A stretch of 32,000 nucleotides of DNA from Candidatus Saccharimonadota bacterium (GTDB lineage Bacteria > Bacteroidota > Bacteroidia > Flavobacteriales > Blattabacteriaceae): NCBI RefSeq assembly GCF_033370915.1, contig NZ_CP104096.1:2700-34699 (forward strand), written 5' to 3'. A model generated the notes under the pieces. The model was not told the origin of the DNA. It saw only the letters and a program-made list of their open reading frames with translations, and did no database searches. Both the position numbers and the translations under genes were made by a program. Shown piece after piece: positions 29,142 through 32,000 of the stretch (within the stretch, counting starts at the first letter, position 1; each line of letters starts with the position of its first letter).

Positions 29142-31307
29142 ATGGATAAAAATAATTATAAATCTGTAATTAAAGTATTTATAAAATTATATGAAAAAGG
29201 AATAATATATAAAAAAAATAAATTAGTAAATTGGGATACTTATGCAAAAACTACAATTTCTGATGAAGAAATAATATATAAAAAAATAAAAAAAAATTTA
29301 TATTATATTAAATATTTTACTGAAGATAAAAAAAAATATTTAGTAATAGCTACTACAAGACCAGAAACAATATTTGGAGATACAGCAGTATGTATTAATC
29401 CAAAAGATAAAAGATATAAAAATATTATAAATTATAAATTAATAGTACCAATAGTAAATAGAGTAATACCAATAATTACAGATAAATCAGTAGATAAAAA
29501 ATTTGGAACAGGATGTATAAAAATTACTCCTGCCCATAGTAAAGAAGATTATAAAATATATAAAAAACATAAATTAAATATAATAAATATTTTTAATGAC
29601 GATGGTACATTAAATGAAAAAGGTAAGTTTTTAAAAGGTAAAGATAGATTTTATGTAAGAAAAAAAATTTATAAAATTTTAAATAAATTAGGTTATTTAG
29701 TAAAAAAAGAAAAAATAATAAGAAAAATAGCTTATTCAGATAGATCAAATACAATTATAGAAAATAAATTATCTTCACAATGGTTTTTAAAAATGAAATA
29801 TTTAATTAAACCAGTATTAAAAAAAAAAAAAAATATTATTTTTTATCCTAAAAATAAATATAATAATTTATGTAATAAATGGATTAATAATATTAAAGAT
29901 TGGAATATTTCAAGACAATTAAAATGGGGCCATAGAATACCAGTTTATTATTATAAAAATAATTTAGTAGTAGCCAAAAATTTAAATAATGCAATAAAAA
30001 AATTTAAAAAAAAATATAATAAAATTAACATAAATTATATAAAACAAGATAAAGATGTATTAGATACTTGGTTTTCTTCTTGTATATTACCAATTTCAGT
30101 ATTATATGGTATTAATAAACCTAATAATATTGATTTTAATTATTATTTTCCTATTGAAATTTTAGTTACTGGTTATGATATATTATTTTTTTGGGTTTTA
30201 AGAATGATAATGTTAAGTAGTTATTTAATAAATAAAATACCATTTAAAAAAGTATATTTAACAGGTATAGCAAGAGATAATAATAAAAGAAAAATTTCTA
30301 AATCTTTAGGTAATTATAAAAATTTATATGTTTTATTAAATAAATATGGTGCAGATGGAATTAGAACAGGTATATTAAGTACTAATTATGAATATGATTT
30401 TATTTATAATGAGAATTTATGTATAAAAGGTAGAAATTTTATAAATAAAATATGGAATGCATTTAAATTAATAATAAAAATAAAATATAAAGTTAAACAA
30501 AATAATAAAACAAAAAAAATTAATAAAATAATTGTAAAATGGTTTAAAAATATTTTATATTATAAAATATATAAATTAAATTATTATTTAGATAATTATA
30601 AAATATATAAATCATTTATTTTAATTAATAATTTATTTAAAAAAAAATTTTGTTCTATATATTTAGAGTATATTAAAAAACAAAAAACAGATAATTTTTT
30701 AATTAAAAAAACTTTTAAATTTTTTTATATTTTATTAAAAATTTTACATCCATATGCTCCATTTATTACTGAATATATTTGGAAATTATTAAAAAAAAAA
30801 AAAGATATTACTATTTCTAATTGGCCTAAAATAAAAAAATTTAATAAAAAAATAATTAATAAATTTAATTATACCTTAAATTTTATAAAATATTTAAAAC
30901 AAATAAAATTTAAAAATTCAAAAAAAAATTATGTTATTTATATATATAAAAGTTATAAAAATAATTTTAAAATATATATTCAATTAATATATAAATTTAC
31001 TTTAATAAAAAAAATAAAAATAAAAAGTAAATTAAAAAATAAAAAAAAATATTTATTATTTATTTATAAAAATATAAAATTTTTTTTATTAAAAAAAAAT
31101 ATTATTATTAATAAAAATAATGAAAATAAAAAAATATATAAAAAAATAAAATTTTATAAAAAATATTTATTAAATATAAATAATAAATTAAAAAATAAAA
31201 ATTTTTTATTTAAAGCGCCTAAAAAAATTATTAATTTAGAAAATAAAAAAAAAAAAGATATTGAAAAATTAATTATTAATTTAAAAAAAAAAATAATAAT
31301 TAATTAA
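29142..31307 (+). CDS. valS: Valyl-tRNA synthetase, 5'-truncated: lacks about the first 130 residues including the HIGH motif. Could be a split gene, a recent pseudogene or an assembly artefact.
   Basis: 721-aa ORF. In the same frame, ValRS homology continues upstream of the first ATG to about 29094 ([18 protein letters not shown], canonical RLG.S.DW.RERFTMDE), just after a TAA at 29091-29093. Downstream blocks are VNWDT, [92 protein letters not shown] (KMSKS) and the C-terminal [23 protein letters not shown]. No HIGH region exists anywhere upstream. Confidence 0.9.
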   Translation: [721 protein letters not shown]

Positions 31308-31614
31308 ATATTTTTTTATTAGATAAACTAAAATTTAATTCAGGTATTATAAATTTATTTTTTAAAAAAATAGATAATTTTTTTTTATAATAATTTTTTT
31401 TATTTTTAATTTTATTAAAAATTTCATTTTTGTATTTATTTGGATATATAGAAATATATATATTAGAATAACTATAATTTTTATTTATATAAACATATAC
31501 AACAGAAATTAATATATTTTTAAATTTATTATCAACAATAAATAATTTATTAAAAAAATAATTAATTAAATTTGAATATCTTTTTTGTTTTAATGTCTTT
31601 ATTTGTTTGATCAT
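31300..31614 (-). CDS. rbfA: Ribosome-binding factor A (diverged)
   Basis: 104-aa ORF. The layout KQKRYSNLINYFFNKLF....ISVVYVYINKNYSYSNIYISIY....LKNKFIIPELNFSL fits the RbfA pattern (R..R....I...L......VT.V.VS.DL..A.VY......LR......P.L.F). Similarity is loose. It overlaps the valS 3' end convergently by 8 bp. Confidence 0.6.
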   Translation of the reverse strand: MIKQIKTLKQKRYSNLINYFFNKLFIVDNKFKNILISVVYVYINKNYSYSNIYISIYPNKYKNEIFNKIKNKKNYYKKKLSIFLKNKFIIPELNFSLSNKKIFN

Positions 31615-31655
31615 ATATAAAATCTATATTAGATAAATAGATATATTAATAATAT

Positions 31656-32000
31656 ATGACAAATAATAAAAATGTTACTGAAAATATTAATAATATTAAT
31701 GTAACTGAAAATTTAACTAATAAAAATTTAACTAATAAAAATGTTACTGAAAATGTAACTAATAATGTAACTAATAATGTAACTGAAAATGTTACTACTG
31801 AAAATGTTACTACTGAAAATGTTACTAATGAAAATGTTACTAATGAAAATGTTACTAATGAAAATGTTACTACTGAAAATGTTACTAATGAAAATGTTAC
31901 TAATGAAAATGTTACTACTGAAAATGTTACTAATGAAAATGTTACTAATAATAATAATGTTACTGAAAATGTAACTGATAATAAAACTGAAAAAGATTAT
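31656..32000 (+). CDS. Partial ORF (5' end) of unknown identity with an N-terminal N-[VIL]-T-x repeat region; continues beyond the window
   Basis: My own translation from ATG 31656 gives MTNNKNVTENINNINVTENLTNKNLTNKNVTENVTNNVTNNVTENVTTENVTTENVTNENVTNENVTNENVTTENVTNENVTNENVTTENVTNENVTNNNNVTENVTDNKTEKDY. That is 115 codons with no stop, open to the window end. It is not in the supplied ORF track because it is unterminated. Coding status is uncertain because a repeat keeps frames open by itself. Confidence 0.45.
   Translation, partial: MTNNKNVTENINNINVTENLTNKNLTNKNVTENVTNNVTNNVTENVTTENVTTENVTNENVTNENVTNENVTTENVTNENVTNENVTTENVTNENVTNNNNVTENVTDNKTEKDY
31785..31949 (+). repeat. Perfect tandem repeat, 15-bp unit gaaaatgttacta[c/a]t x 11, with a 45-bp higher-order periodicity
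   Basis: Counted directly. The units start at 31785, 31800, 31815, and so on up to 31935. They differ only at position 14 (act vs aat), in the order T,T,N,N,N,T,N,N,T,N,N. Degenerate 12/15-bp relatives (aatgt[ta]act gaaaat / aataat) extend upstream to about 31671. Confidence 0.97.

Noticed and set aside
31671-31949. Possible CRISPR array, because of regularly spaced identical short repeats
   Set aside because: The units are directly abutting 15-bp copies with no unique spacers, are far shorter than CRISPR repeats, and have no cas genes nearby. This is a coding or minisatellite tandem repeat.
31789-31974. 61-aa ORF MLLLKMLLLKMLLMK... in the supplied track
   Set aside because: It is an alternative frame of the 15-bp tandem repeat and is held open only by the repeat. 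It starts inside the array and terminates just after it. The frame starting at ATG 31656 begins before the repeat, 41 bp from the divergent rbfA start, and continues past it. That frame is the more plausible coding frame, if any is.
1-32000. Search for accessory content: transposases/IS ends, integrases, toxin-antitoxin pairs, restriction-modification or other defence genes, secretion systems, biosynthetic clusters, rRNA/ncRNA (tmRNA, RNase P, SRP RNA)
   Set aside because: Every ORF of 60 aa or more on the sense strands is assignable to a housekeeping family or to the two hypothetical ORFs listed. The only GC-rich islands outside conserved protein motifs are the five tRNAs. I found no inverted-repeat termini or compositional islands. 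I therefore do not claim any novel multi-gene system in this window.

Overview
This window is extremely AT-rich (by eye about 12-15% G+C, not computed) and almost gap-free. It looks like core housekeeping DNA from a highly reduced obligate endosymbiont. The affinity is most likely Bacteroidota/Flavobacteriales, judged from four things. (1) The synteny tRNA-Thr/Tyr/Gly-tuf-tRNA-Trp-nusG-rplKAJL-rpoB. (2) rpsL-rpsG-fusA joins rpsJ directly, with no tuf between. (3) L22 has a basic N-terminal extension. (4) There is a DUF4290-like ORF, and no Shine-Dalgarno motifs are visible. An exact organism cannot be named from the sequence alone.

Content in order:
- Minus strand: rpoB (5' part), rplL, rplJ, rplA, rplK, nusG, tRNA-Trp, tuf, tRNA-Gly/Tyr/Thr.
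- Plus strand: leuS.
- Minus strand: ruvC.
- Plus strand: lon, metG, rsmA, sufBCDS, a DUF4290-like ORF, tRNA-Val, map, then the str/S10/spc ribosomal block rpsL to rplF.
- A 5'-truncated valS (plus), rbfA (minus), and a partial repeat-rich ORF running off the 3' end.

I see no mobile elements, CRISPR arrays, prophage, defence or secondary-metabolite islands. I do not think a novel accessory system is present.

What deserves a second look is structural or reductive:
- An abrupt junction fuses the end of rplF to about residue 130 of valS. The whole rplR-to-rplQ/secY block and the ValRS HIGH motif are missing.
- rpsS, rpmC and secE are cleanly absent from their canonical slots.
- A perfect 15-bp x 11 tandem repeat encodes (E-N-V-T-T/N)n at the start of an unidentified ORF.
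- The LeuRS CP1 editing motifs are eroded, while the ValRS editing motifs are intact.
- The standard genetic code is retained (tRNA-Trp CCA, TGA stops) despite the extreme AT bias.
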